From NCBI GenBank assembly GCA_025594325.1, contig JANHCV010000002.1, positions 2,294,001 to 2,358,000 on the forward strand: a stretch of DNA of 64,000 bases, written 5' to 3'. The notes under the pieces are model-generated. The model made no database searches. It saw only the letters and a list, made by a program, of their open reading frames with translations, and had not been told where the DNA came from. Source of the DNA: Blastocladiella emersonii ATCC 22665. Its lineage: Eukaryota > Fungi > Blastocladiomycota. Shown one piece after another: positions 34,876 to 45,516 of this stretch. Positions within the stretch are counted from its first letter, which is position 1; the number at the start of each line of letters is the position of its first letter. A program made the translations under genes and the position numbers.

Positions 34876-35594
34876 CCTCGGAACGTGATGCGCTTGCGCC
34901 GCTGCTCTCGCGCGGTGCCGGTGCGCGGCCGACATCGGCTGCGCGCTGGTGCTCGCGGAGCAGGGGCATGTGTCCTCGATCTCCCTCTCCCCTCCCCCTT
35001 CTCCCCCGTGTTTGATGAGTCTCTTTCTTTTCCCTTCTCCTTTTCTCGACTTTCGCCGCCGTCGTCGTCAAGTTCTCCCACTCGTGCGCGTGTGTCGCTG
35101 CCGCTGTCGTGCGGCTCGCCTACCGCCTCGGATATCTGCCGCTCCCGTCTCGCCTCCTCCACTTCCACTTCCTACTCTCGCGTGTCCCTACTCTCCCGTC
35201 CCGTGTCCTCTACCCGCCATCTCCTGCACCACCTCCTCCTTCCCTCCCTGCCCGCCGCTGTCGACCCGTGTTCTCGCCCGTGGTGGGTGCGCGCCGATGC
35301 AATCGGTATGCCCACCCGGAGACTCGGGAAGCGTGCGTGTGCGTGGTGGCGGATGGTTGCAGGTTCGGAGGGCGCGGTACGGGCTGGATTCGCGTCGTCG
35401 TGGTGGTTGTCGGTGGATGTGGTGGGACGCCAGGGCGCGGCAACTGGTGTGCGTGCTCGTTCGTCTCGCTGCTCGCCCGCTCGCTCGCGTGTGTGTGTCT
35501 CTCTCGTCGTCGTTGGTCGTCGTTTCCTTTCTCCTCCCTCGTTTTTGTCTATATCAGAATCAAACCTATTGCTTTTGTCCCCTCCCAACCATCA

Positions 35595-37454
35595 TCACCC
35601 CCACAGCATACGGAACCACGCATCAATCGTCGCAAACTCGCCATTCCACTCGGTCGCGAGCACGAGCCGGCCGCGCTGGTGCATCTGGTGCGTCAGGTTA
35701 TGCATGCCCGCGTCGAGCCCGCCTGCCACGACCAGCGTGACGGGCGGCGCCGCCATCCCCACCCCCGACGGCCCCGCGCGCACCGCCTCGCCCATGACGC
35801 GCCACGCCATGGCGTACTCGAGCCGCTCGCGCCCCGATTTTGGCGGCAGCCCGCGCGGCGCGTACCGCGTCTTGCCCGCCGCGGGCAGCGTCGCCGCGGC
35901 CGACTTGAACAGCAGCGCGCGGTCGCGCTGCACCCCGACCGCGCGACTGCCGCCGGCCAGCGGGCGCCACGCGTCGACGGCGGCGTCCAGGACGTGCACC
36001 GTGATCCCGTGCCTTCCGGGCGCGCCCGCGACCGTCGTGATTTTCTTCGCGCGCGCAAAGTCCGCGTCGCGCGTGTAGACGTGCACGTCGTACCGCCACC
36101 GCCGCGCGGGGCGGCGCCCGGACGACGATGACGACGGGGCGGCGCGCAGGAGCGTCGCGAGCGGCGGGGTCCACGCGTCGTCGGCGATGTGCACCGGGAT
36201 CACGGTGTCGCCGAGTGGGAGCGTGGAGGGGAGCGCTGGGAAGAAGGAGAGGGTTTGTGCGGTCAGGGCCAGCCGCGCGGAGCCGTCGCTGGACGCGGTC
36301 ATGGCGGGGAGGAGCGGGGTCGGGTCGAGGCCCGCGCGGGCGCTAGCGAGGACGACGGGTCAGCGAGATCCCAGAAAAAAAAAAGGCGAGGCCGGAACGT
36401 ACACTGCAGCGAGAAAGTGTTCCAGGACCACATCCCCCGCGTGGCCCGCGGGCAGCGGGACCGCGGCGCGCGGCTCGGGGTTCTGGATGTGCGACAGGTT
36501 GAAGGCGAGGTCCGACCGCAGCGCGCACAGGCTCGCGGGCGGGCTCACGAGCTGCTCTTCCGTTGGCGGTGGTGGTGGCGACGGAGGAGCAGCGCGCTTG
36601 GGCGCGGATGGTGGCCTTGGTGTAGGCGGCGTGGAAGTGCCGAACTCGCGCCCGCTGCGCGTGATGCGCGGCGCGGACGCGACGGCGTGGCGGTCACGCA
36701 ACGACGATGAGGAAGACGGCGTGGACGCGACGGTCGCGCGGTCACGCAACGACGATGACGATGGCGTGGGCTCAACGGCCGCGCGGCGATGCAATGATGA
36801 CGATGACGATGGCAGCGGTGGCGGTGGCGGTCGTTGTGCGAAGGGATCGGCGTCGGAGAGCCGGATAAAGTCGTTATTGTTGGCGAACGGGTCCAACACC
36901 CCCGGTGGCCATGATCTCGGTGCGGGGGCGGGTTTGACCTGGACTACTTCCATCACGTCGGCCTCATCGTCGTCGCTGATCACGATCGGCTCGGCCGCGA
37001 CTGGAGGTGGTGGCGGAGGAGGTGGTGGTGGTGGAAGCGATGCCGGCCGTGGCGGAAGAGAAGCTGACACAGACGCGGGCCCCTCGCCGTGATGCGGTGA
37101 CGGTGCGACGAGCGACGACTCGGACGACGAGCGAGACAGCGGGACCGCGCGCGGATGTACTCTTCTGCGCGCGGCGGCCGCCGATGAGGGCCGGTGCGCC
37201 GCGGGTCTCGGGTCGGCTGGCCGGCCGTACGGGGCGGTCTGGCGGGCGGCCTCCTTGCGCGACAGGCGGGTCTCCTGCAGGCGCGAGTGGGTGTGCGCGG
37301 CCAGAGCGGCGAGCGACGGTGGCGGGAGCGCGGCCGAGTCCTCGACTATGATCACGTCGTCCGACGACGTGTCCGAGTCAGAGTCCGTGTCGAGCAGGCT
37401 CACGACTTCGGCCGGCGGCCGCCCTGTACCGGGTCTCGGTTGGGAAGGGTCCAT
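35595..37454 (-). CDS. Protein with clustered SUMO-interacting motifs and a C-terminal alpha/beta domain (possibly a degenerate PIN/NYN-like fold)
   Basis: Intron 36343-36402 joins the 36360 and 35595 ORFs in frame. SIM-like VVSLLDTDSDSD, DDVIIVEDS, EPIVISDDDE. C-terminal KSGRERLEYAMAW...VTLVVAGGLDAGMHNLTHQMHQRGRLVL. Confidence 0.65.
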
Positions 37455-37659
37455 TGCAGCAAGTAGAAGGTATATCAAGTTCAATCCATTCGCTTCGGGG
37501 TCTCATACATTCTGAGGTCGCGAAAGCAATGCGGCCAACGTGACGTGTTGCCGTCGCGTCGTCGCTTCGCTTCGCTGATCGAGCCAAGGGAACTGATCGA
37601 GCGGGCCTGCTCGCCGCTCCGCTCCTTCTCCCCCATCGCTCCCCCAAACAACGCATCGC

Positions 37660-38515
37660 ATGAACATGTCCGCCAGCCCCGTCATCATCGTCACCGGCGC
37701 GTCGCGCGGCTACGGCGCCGCCATCGTGCGCGAGCTGTTCGCGATCCACCCGGCCGCGCGCGTCGTCGGCACCGCGCGCGCCGAGCCCGAGCTCGCGGCC
37801 CTGCAGAAGGAGGTCGGCGGCGAGGACCGCTTCCGCTACGTCGCGGGCGACATCACCGACGCCGCCACCGCCCAGAAGGTCGTCGATGCCGCCGTCGCCG
37901 CGTGGGGCCGGATCGACGCCGTCGTGCAGAACGCTGGGTATAGTAGTGTTCACAGTGCGATGTGTGAGCGGGAGAACTGACACCAACCCGCGCCCACGTA
38001 GTGTCATCGAGCCCATGGGCGCCGTGAGCACGATCGCGCTGTCGGCGGTGCGCACCGCGTTCGAGGTGAACGTCTTCTCGGTGCTCCAGCTCGCGCAGCT
38101 CGCGCTCCCGCACCTGCGCGCGTCGCACGGCCGCCAGATCATCGTGTCGTCGGGCGCCGCGACCAAGGCGTACGACGGGTGGGCCGCGTACTGCTCGACC
38201 AAGGCCGCGGTGAACATGCTTGCGGCCTCGTTTGGCGCCGAGGAGCCCGCGGTCACCACGATCGCGCTGCGCCCGGGCGTCCTCGACACGCCCATGCAGG
38301 AGCACATCCGCGCCACGGGCGAGGGCAAGCTCGCGGCGCACGCGTGGTTCGTCGGCGCGCACAAGGACGGCAAGCTCGTCCCGCCCGAGGTCTCGGGCCA
38401 CGTCGCTGCTCAGCTCGCGCTCCATGCGCCCAAGGAGTGGTCCGGCGAGTTTATCGACTGGGAGGACGACAAGGTCGCGAAGTTCCAGCACCCGAGCAAG
38501 GGCAAGTCGGCGTGA
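37660..38515 (+). CDS. Short-chain dehydrogenase/reductase (sepiapterin/benzil reductase-like)
   Basis: TGASRGYG nucleotide-binding motif, NAG, one intron (~37938-38001), catalytic YCSTK, RPGVLDTPMQ. Confidence 0.9.
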
Positions 38516-38565
38516 AGTGGGAGAGAGGTCATCTATTTTGTATGTACAATATTGGCTTCATCGTC

Positions 38566-40019
38566 TTAGTATCCGCGCGACTTGCACTTGGGCTTCGCCG
38601 CCTTGACCTCGGCCGGCGCTGCAGGCGCACCGTACGAGTCGGCCGACGCGGGCTCGGCAGACGTGACAAGCGCCTCGGCGTCCTTGCCGTACGACTGCGC
38701 CGCTGCGGGGAGAGCGGCAGCAACGGCGGCGGGACGGCGACCGTACGATGACTGCTGAACGGGGTCAACGGCAACCGGCGCAGCGGACGCTGCAGGGCGA
38801 CGGCCGTAACCAGACTGCTGGACGGGTGCCACGGCAACCGGCGCAGCGGACGCGGTCGGGGCCGGGCGGCGACCGTACGTGGGCTGCTGTGCGACGGGCG
38901 CAGCCGACTCGGAGGCGGGACGGCGACCACCGTACGCGCTACCAGGACGGGTACGCGCCGGGTCAACGGCGGTGGCGGGACGGTCGCCGCGCCGGCCGGC
39001 GTAGCTGCCGCGCGACGGAGCAGTCTCCTCCTCCGACTCGGACTCGTCCTCCGTGTCCTCGACCGGCTCGGCCGATGGAGTGGGACGCGGGCGGCGGCCG
39101 GCGTACTCGCCGCCGCGGGACACGGGCGTCACGGGCGCGGCCGTCCGGATGGGCTGCGCTGGGCGGCCGGAAGTGACGTTCGTGAAGGCGGGGATCGACG
39201 GCGAACCGCGAGTGCGCGTGCGCTGCGCCTCGCTCGTCGCCGAAGCGACAGGCGCGACGGCCGATGTTGTGCGACCGCCGACCTGGTTCTTGCCCGGCTG
39301 CGCGACCGTCGAGGGTCCGCCGAACCCGGGCCCGATCTCGACAATCGGCTGGTTCTGGTACAAGTCGACACGGGGGTCGGCGCCCGCAGCAAACTCGCCG
39401 ATGACGGGCGCGCCGGGGATGTTGGCCGTGGTGACCTTGGGTCCACGGAGCGTCCCCGAGGCCGGCCCGTTGATGGTCACGTCAGCGCAGTTAGCGTACA
39501 TCTCGCGGTTGCCCTCCTTGTTGACCCAGAACCACCCGAACACGGCCTTGCCGCCGGGCGTGGTCGCAGGGAGGGGCACGTCGAAGTTGAGCCCCGACAG
39601 CATGCAGTCGTTGAGCACCGTCTGCAGCACGACCCACGTCTTCTCGTCGTAGCTGAGCGCGAACTGGCAGTGGCCGCCGCCGTGGATCGCTGTGCCGTAC
39701 AGCTCGACGGGGACCGAGCGGCCGGGCGTCAGCGTAGCGACCGACTGCCCCGCGGGCGAGCCGCGGCACGGGAACGGGTGCACGGTGTGCGGCGCGAGTG
39801 GCGAGTTGAGGTCGTAGTCAATCTGAGACTCGGGGACGAACTTGTTGAACTTGGACCGGCGCGGAGGCTACATGGCGTGCGCTTGGTGAGGATGCGGTTG
39901 AGGTGCGAGCGGAGCAAGGCAGGGCGTACTGGAGCCTTCATCTCCATGTGCCCGTGCGACACGGCGGCCAGGCACGCCAGGAGGACGAGGAGCGACGACG
40001 CAGTCGTGGTGATGGTCAT
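38566..40019 (-). CDS. Secreted AA11-like lytic polysaccharide monooxygenase (His-brace) with a repetitive C-terminal tail
   Basis: Signal peptide MTITTTASSLLVLLACLAAVSHG followed by His1 (HMEMKAP|PPRRSK, intron 39868-39929). AIHGGGHCQFALSYD and WFWVNKEGNREMYANCADV motifs. Confidence 0.8.
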
Positions 40020-40149
40020 TCTGATGTAGTGTAGAGGTCGTTGGTGCGTCGAGGGTCGTCCTTCTAGGGTCTAGGGCGTCCGTGGCCGCCGAAGAGTTTA
40101 TGCGATGAGCTCAGCTGGAGAGCAGGGAAGGGAGCGGGCAGAGCCGCGA

Positions 40150-40155
40150 TTTATA
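40150..40155 (-). promoter_or_regulatory. TATA-box-like element upstream of the LPMO gene
   Basis: TATAAA on the minus strand about 130 nt upstream of ATG 40019, in otherwise GC-rich DNA. Confidence 0.35.
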
Positions 40156-40401
40156 GTCCAGCGCAGACGAGCAGTGCGCAGTGAACGTGTCCGTGCTCGC
40201 GAGCAGCAATCTCCGTGGTGGCTCAGCAGGAGATGAGTGCTGCGCCACCACCACTCAGCGCGCGCGCGCAAGCACGCGAATGCGCCGCCACTGCTCGGCT
40301 TCCAGGCGTTGCTGGAAAAACTCATCGCCTCGTGAAATGACTCTCATCGCGCCGCGTCGCAGATAGTATAAACTAAGCAGTTGTATCATCAACCCACCTC
40401 G

Positions 40402-42417
40402 TTACTCAACAGCCTCAAGCTGCGCGGGCTTGACCAGCGGCGTGCGGTAGCTGACCTCGTAGCTGAAGAACTCGGGCATGAGGTTGATGCTCAGGCACGG
40501 CACCGCGACGAGGGCGCCGAGCCCCGTGTCGACGGTCGCCTTGGACACGACGGTGCCCGGCGCCGTTGACTTGTTCCCGACATTCCGCCGAGCCGCGTTG
40601 CTACCCTCGAGCGGCGAGACCGCGGGCGGCGCAAGCGGGCTGGCCTTAGCCGCGTCCGAGTCCCAGTCGCGGCGGCGCAGCGCGATGACGGGGACCGCGT
40701 ACCGCGACACGAACGGCATCTTGAACTTGTAGTGCTCCCACGCGCGCCGGTACTGGGCCCACGCCGGGTGCTGGTGGCGCCGCCGGAACACGCCGGCGAG
40801 CGCGGCCTCGTCCTCGCGGTCCATGTACCGCACGATCAGCTCGAACTGCGGCTTGGCCGCCGAGTCCTTGGCGGCGGCGGCGGTCTCGCGCTCCTTGCGC
40901 CGCGCCGCCTTGTTGGGTCCCTCGGACACGACGGCAGCGGCAGCCTCGGCCTCGCCTTCGGCGGAAACGAGCGCAATCGAGTTGCGCGGCGGCAGGTGCG
41001 ACGCGAGCGAGCGGTAGAACATGGCGAGCTGGAGCCGCGGGTCGTCGCCGCTGACCGTGGGCGGGGCGAGCTTGACGAAGAAGCGGTTGTCGAAGAGGAC
41101 GGGCGCGACGCGCGACAGCGGGATGCGGTCGCGGTTGCGGACCGAGGCAATGGGCGGCGCCCGCACAAACACCCAGTTCCCCGGCCCGTTGCGGTCGGGC
41201 CGCGGCGGGAGCACCAGCGACTTGCACAGGGACATGGTCTTGAACTCGTGCTCGCGCGGCGGCGGGACCCACCGGATCTGCGGCGGCGGGGTCGCCGGGT
41301 CGGCGGACGGTTCGGGCTCAGGCACCGCGTTGCCGTCGAGGCCGTACACGTAGTACGCGAGCATGGCGTCGCGGACCTGCGCGACCGACCCGATGGGCGG
41401 CGGGTACGCGCTGCAGTCGAGCCACCGGACGATAGCGCTGAGCGCGCTGGTCGCGAGGTGCGTGCGGTGGAACCAGTGGTCATGGTGCTTGGCGAGGTGC
41501 GGGAGGTTGAGGAACGCGGACCCGGTCAGCTCGTCCGTGAGGACCGACTCGGCGAGCACCTTGGCGGTGAACCCGTTGGCGCGCGTCGAGTACTCGCGCA
41601 TGTGATCACAGAACGTGGCGAGGCTGGCCTCGGACAGCATCGGGTGCGCGTTCGGGTCGGCGGACGCGGACGCGAGCACGCCGCGGATCACGTTGCGCTG
41701 GTAGTGCAGGTCGCGGTTCATGGGGTCCGTGACGGCGTCGATGCCGAGCGCGCGGCACGTCTCGACGAGCCGGTCCTTGGGCACCGACAGCAGCGGGCGC
41801 ACCAGCTTGACGTCGCGGTCGCGCGGGTGCTGCACCACGGGGTAGTCGGCGAGCCCGTGGGTCATGCCGCCGAGCCCGCCGAGCCCGCTGCCGCGCGCCA
41901 GCCGGTACAGGACCGTCTCGATCTGGTCGTTGAGGTGGTGCCCGACAAACAGCTTACTCGCGCCGTGCTCGCGGCACGCGTGCGCCAGCAGCCGGTACCG
42001 GTGCAGCCGCGCCTTGTCCTCGAGCTGCGCCGAGGGGAGCGCGTCGAGCGGCGTGTCGCGCCAGTCGACGGTCAGCACGTCGGCGGGGATCCCCTGCGCG
42101 CGGATCATGCCCTGCACGCGCACCGCCTCCTCGGTGCTCTCGGGCCGGATCTTGTGGTCGACGGTCAGCGCGTGCACGCGGCCCGGCGCCCACTGGTTCA
42201 GCAGGTACAGCAGCGCCATCGAGTCGGGGCCGCCCGACACGGCGACGGCTACACGCGCGCGGGGTCGTCGTTGGTGGATGTCCGTTGAAGCGAGAGGGAG
42301 GGGAGAGCCCGTACCCAGCTTCTCGGTGGGCGAGATGGCGATGCCCTTGAGCAGGCCGGCGAGCTCGCCGAGGCTCAGGGCCGTTGCGGCGGCTTTCCTC
42401 GCTGCGGCAGAATTCAT
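40402..42417 (-). CDS. tilS: tRNA(Ile)-lysidine synthetase homologue (PP-loop), probably mitochondrial
   Basis: Intron 42249-42314. AVAVSGGPDSMALL PP-loop, TVDHKIRPES, ARLHRY, GHHLNDQIETVLYRLARGSG, RPLL, DPMN...YQRNVIR. Confidence 0.88.
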   Translation of the reverse strand: MNSAAARKAAATALSLGELAGLLKGIAISPTEKLGTGSPLPLASTDIHQRRPRARVAVAVSGGPDSMALLYLLNQWAPGRVHALTVDHKIRPESTEEAVRVQGMIRAQGIPADVLTVDWRDTPLDALPSAQLEDKARLHRYRLLAHACREHGASKLFVGHHLNDQIETVLYRLARGSGLGGLGGMTHGLADYPVVQHPRDRDVKLVRPLLSVPKDRLVETCRALGIDAVTDPMNRDLHYQRNVIRGVLASASADPNAHPMLSEASLATFCDHMREYSTRANGFTAKVLAESVLTDELTGSAFLNLPHLAKHHDHWFHRTHLATSALSAIVRWLDCSAYPPPIGSVAQVRDAMLAYYVYGLDGNAVPEPEPSADPATPPPQIRWVPPPREHEFKTMSLCKSLVLPPRPDRNGPGNWVFVRAPPIASVRNRDRIPLSRVAPVLFDNRFFVKLAPPTVSGDDPRLQLAMFYRSLASHLPPRNSIALVSAEGEAEAAAAVVSEGPNKAARRKERETAAAAKDSAAKPQFELIVRYMDREDEAALAGVFRRRHQHPAWAQYRRAWEHYKFKMPFVSRYAVPVIALRRRDWDSDAAKASPLAPPAVSPLEGSNAARRNVGNKSTAPGTVVSKATVDTGLGALVAVPCLSINLMPEFFSYEVSYRTPLVKPAQLEAVE

Positions 42418-42606
42418 TCGCTAACAAGATGGTGGTGGTGAGTTTGAGAGAGGGAGCGCGAACGATCGGGCCGCTGTGCAACGAAAACAAAGCGCGCGAC
42501 AAATTTGTCTCCGATGCGGTCGTCACATGCCGCTACGTCGCTCATCTGGATGAAGTCCATGAGCGCGGAAATGGACCAAAATGAGGGGATATGTATGAGG
42601 ATGGGT

Positions 42607-43369
42607 CTACGCCGACATTTCCGTCTTCTGCGCGAGCTCGCCTTGCGCCGCGGCAGCGGTCGGGCTGCTCGAGTCGGCGACGTGCTTGTTGTACTCGAGC
42701 TTGACGATCTTCACGTCCTCGCCCTCGCACTGGTACACGTACGCCGTGACGCGGGTGTCGACCACGTCGAGCAGCACAAAGCTCGGCGTCTGGTGGTGCG
42801 CTGGTGGCGGGGCGACGGACCCGTCGTCGAGGACCACGGGGGTCGTCGGGAACGCGTTCCCCTGCGGGCCACCGGTGCCCGTGGCCGACCCGGGGTTGAC
42901 GTAGAACCGTCCCTCGAACTCGAAGCAGTCGACGCCCGACGCCGTGGATCCGGACACGAGCACGTCGACGTCGAGCTGGCGCGCGGCGAGGGCGAGGGCC
43001 TCGGTGTCGTCGACGGGGACGAGCGAGTGACCGTGGACGAGCCCGATGCGCAGCGGGCCGACGTTCACGGTCTTGCACAGCGGCGACGCGCCCGCGCCCG
43101 ACGGCTGCAGCTGGTCAAACTCGCCGTGCACCATGTGCACCTGCGGCGCAATCGACCGCAGCCACTCGGCCGTGTCGGGCAGCGTCAGGTTGCCCGTGCA
43201 CAGCACCATGTGGATCTTGCCCGGCAGCAGCAGCTTGCGGAACGGCGCCGGAATGTCGACCGCACGGTGCGGGATGTGGAAGTCGCCGATCGCGAGAATG
43301 AGCTACACGAGCATGGTGTGAGCTCGGTGGTACTTGTGAGGTTCGTTGCATCGAGATACATGCCACCAT
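42607..43369 (-). CDS. VPS29: Vacuolar protein sorting 29 (retromer)
   Basis: LILAIGDFHIPHRA.DIP..FRKLL.PGKI..VLCTGNL, IGLVHGH, LDVDVLVSG, FYVNPGSATG, PSFVLLDV. Micro first exon (ATG or ATG GTG at 43369) spliced to the acceptor at 43303. Confidence 0.92.
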
Positions 43370-43576
43370 GGCGTTGCGTTTAGAGATGGTCTTTGAGTGA
43401 GGGCAGGAGCGAAGGTGTGAGCGAAAGCTTGCGGTGGCGAGCGACGCGCTCTGCAAGCGCACGCGGCCGTCTCTAACTCGGCACGTGATATCTGAACGCG
43501 TATGAAACGTTTCCGTGTCGACGCGTTGTCGGCACGCATACGAGCGCAGGGGATGATAATCGCATGAAGTATCACG

Positions 43577-45495
43577 ATGCAATCGCGATCGACCCTGCTT
43601 CTGCAGCGCGAGCTGTATCGACTCGAGCAAGAACCCGTGTGGGTCCGTTCGCAGCGGGACTCGCTCTACCTTCCGAGGCTGATCACCGTGGTAGTGTTGC
43701 GCTAGGGCACTGAGATTGAACTGGTCGACAGCAACGTGCATCACTGGCGTGTGACGCTCGACGGCCTGCTCGAAACGTCATGGTCGGGCGCCCAGCTCGT
43801 CCTGGACGTCCAGTTCCCGTCGAGCTACGACCTCGATCCGCCGCTCGTCAGCTTCCTTACGATCCCGCAGCATCCCAACGGTACGTTACCGTTCTCACTG
43901 AACTCGGCGCACCACTAACGAACGCCCCTCCGCGGTCGCCAGTACGAGAAAAGGATGGCGCCGTCGTGTGCGCGCTGCTGCAGTACTGGGTGCCGGGAAC
44001 GACCATGGGCGCGCTGTTCACCACCATCCAACAACTACTCAGCGAACCGCTGCTCGACGACGACTGTCCCGCCAACTGGGCCGTGGCGCGCCTCGTGCAG
44101 CGACAACCCGACGAGTACCGACGGCGCGTCGCGGCCATGGTCAAGAAGAGCCAGGCGCTGTACGACCAGCGCCGGTGGGGTGCGTAACTTGCTCTCCTCA
44201 TCCCTCCGACAGCGTGCTGACCGCTCGATCGCGTAGAGGAGACGTTTTCGACGCTCGTCGCCACGCACCTGTACACCGAGCCGCCGCCTGTCTACCACCG
44301 CGCTTCACCTTCACCGCCGCCGCCCCAACGCGAGTCGCAGCAGGTGGAGACCATTCCCCCGCGCGAAGCTCCGCGCAAGCCGCGCATCCGGCGCCTACCC
44401 TTCGAGTCGTACCACGCGTCGTGGAGCAGCCTCGCGACCACTGCGCCGGGAAACGTCACGCGCATCCAGATCAAGGAGGCGGGCCGCCCGCAGTCTGCGT
44501 CCGCTGTCGACGGCTGCGGCGAGTCGGACGCGCGCACCCGGCTCGTCGGGATCCCGCGGCGGCGGGACATCGCGGCCGTGATCCCGCTGCGCGAGGGGAC
44601 CATGGTCGCGACCAAGCCCGGCACCGTGGCGCAGCGCGTCGCCATGTGTGTCTCTCGACACGATGCGGAGCGCGTGGTCGCACTGTACGTTCCATTTGAT
44701 CCCTTGGTTGGCGTGAACTGACGCTAGCGCGGGCCGTGTAGCGAGAACGAGATCCGACACGGCACCCTGCACGCGCCGACTGGCCCGCTGCCCAAGTCCG
44801 AGTCGGGCCGGTACTGGCTGATCCCCGGCCACTCGCCCGTCCCGTGCGGCACGATTCCCGACTCGCCCAAGCCGTCCGTCGCGTCGCTCGCCTCCGGCTC
44901 GGGCGTCATCCTCGAGATCCAGGGCACCCCGCCTCCACCGCTCCTCTCCGTCCTGCCCAACGCGCTCGGCCTCGACGCCAAGCTGGACCCGGGCCGCCGC
45001 ACTGTGTGCCAGCAGCACCACGCGCATCATCGCCACGGCCGGCGCGCGCCGACGCGTAAGATTCCCGCAGCGATGGCGGCGCACGACGAGTGGGGCGCCG
45101 CTGCCGCCGTGTCCGAGACCAGCTCCGATACGGGCACGTACACGCCGAGCGACCGGTGGACGCCGAGTCCGCCGGGCAGCATGCGGCGGCGGTCGCCCGA
45201 CACGGTACATCTCGCGCTTCCGCCGCTCGAGGTGCACGGCCATGGGTCGCGGTCGCCGTCACCCGTCGATGGAATGCGCCGGCGGACACGGCGCTCGAGT
45301 CGGAGTCGCAGTCGCAGCAGCACGCGGCGACCGGCAACGTTCCTCGGCCGCATCTTCCCCGAACAAAACCCGGTTGACGGATCGTTCCACTACTCGGCCG
45401 CAAAACATGACGGGATCGAGATTGAGCTCGATCACGACGAGGCGATCCTCGACTGGGCGCGGAATCTGACGCCGGAGCATGTGCTGGTTGATTGA
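43577..45495 (+). CDS. UBE2U: Ubiquitin-conjugating enzyme E2 U-like protein
   Basis: Multi-exon. MQSRSTLLLQREL, W..TLDGLLETSWSG, FLTIPQHPN|V...VVC, LLSEPLL. Downstream motifs PFESYHASWSSLATT and DEAILDWARNL resemble UBE2U-family C-terminal motifs recalled from memory. Confidence 0.7.
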
Positions 45496-45516
45496 AGAAG
45501 AGGAAATGATGAACTT

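Noticed and set aside
34880-35590. Long ORFs over a CT-rich tract between convergent genes
   Set aside because: The translations are S/P/L/R low-complexity with non-genic codon usage; most likely 3' UTR or intergenic sequence.
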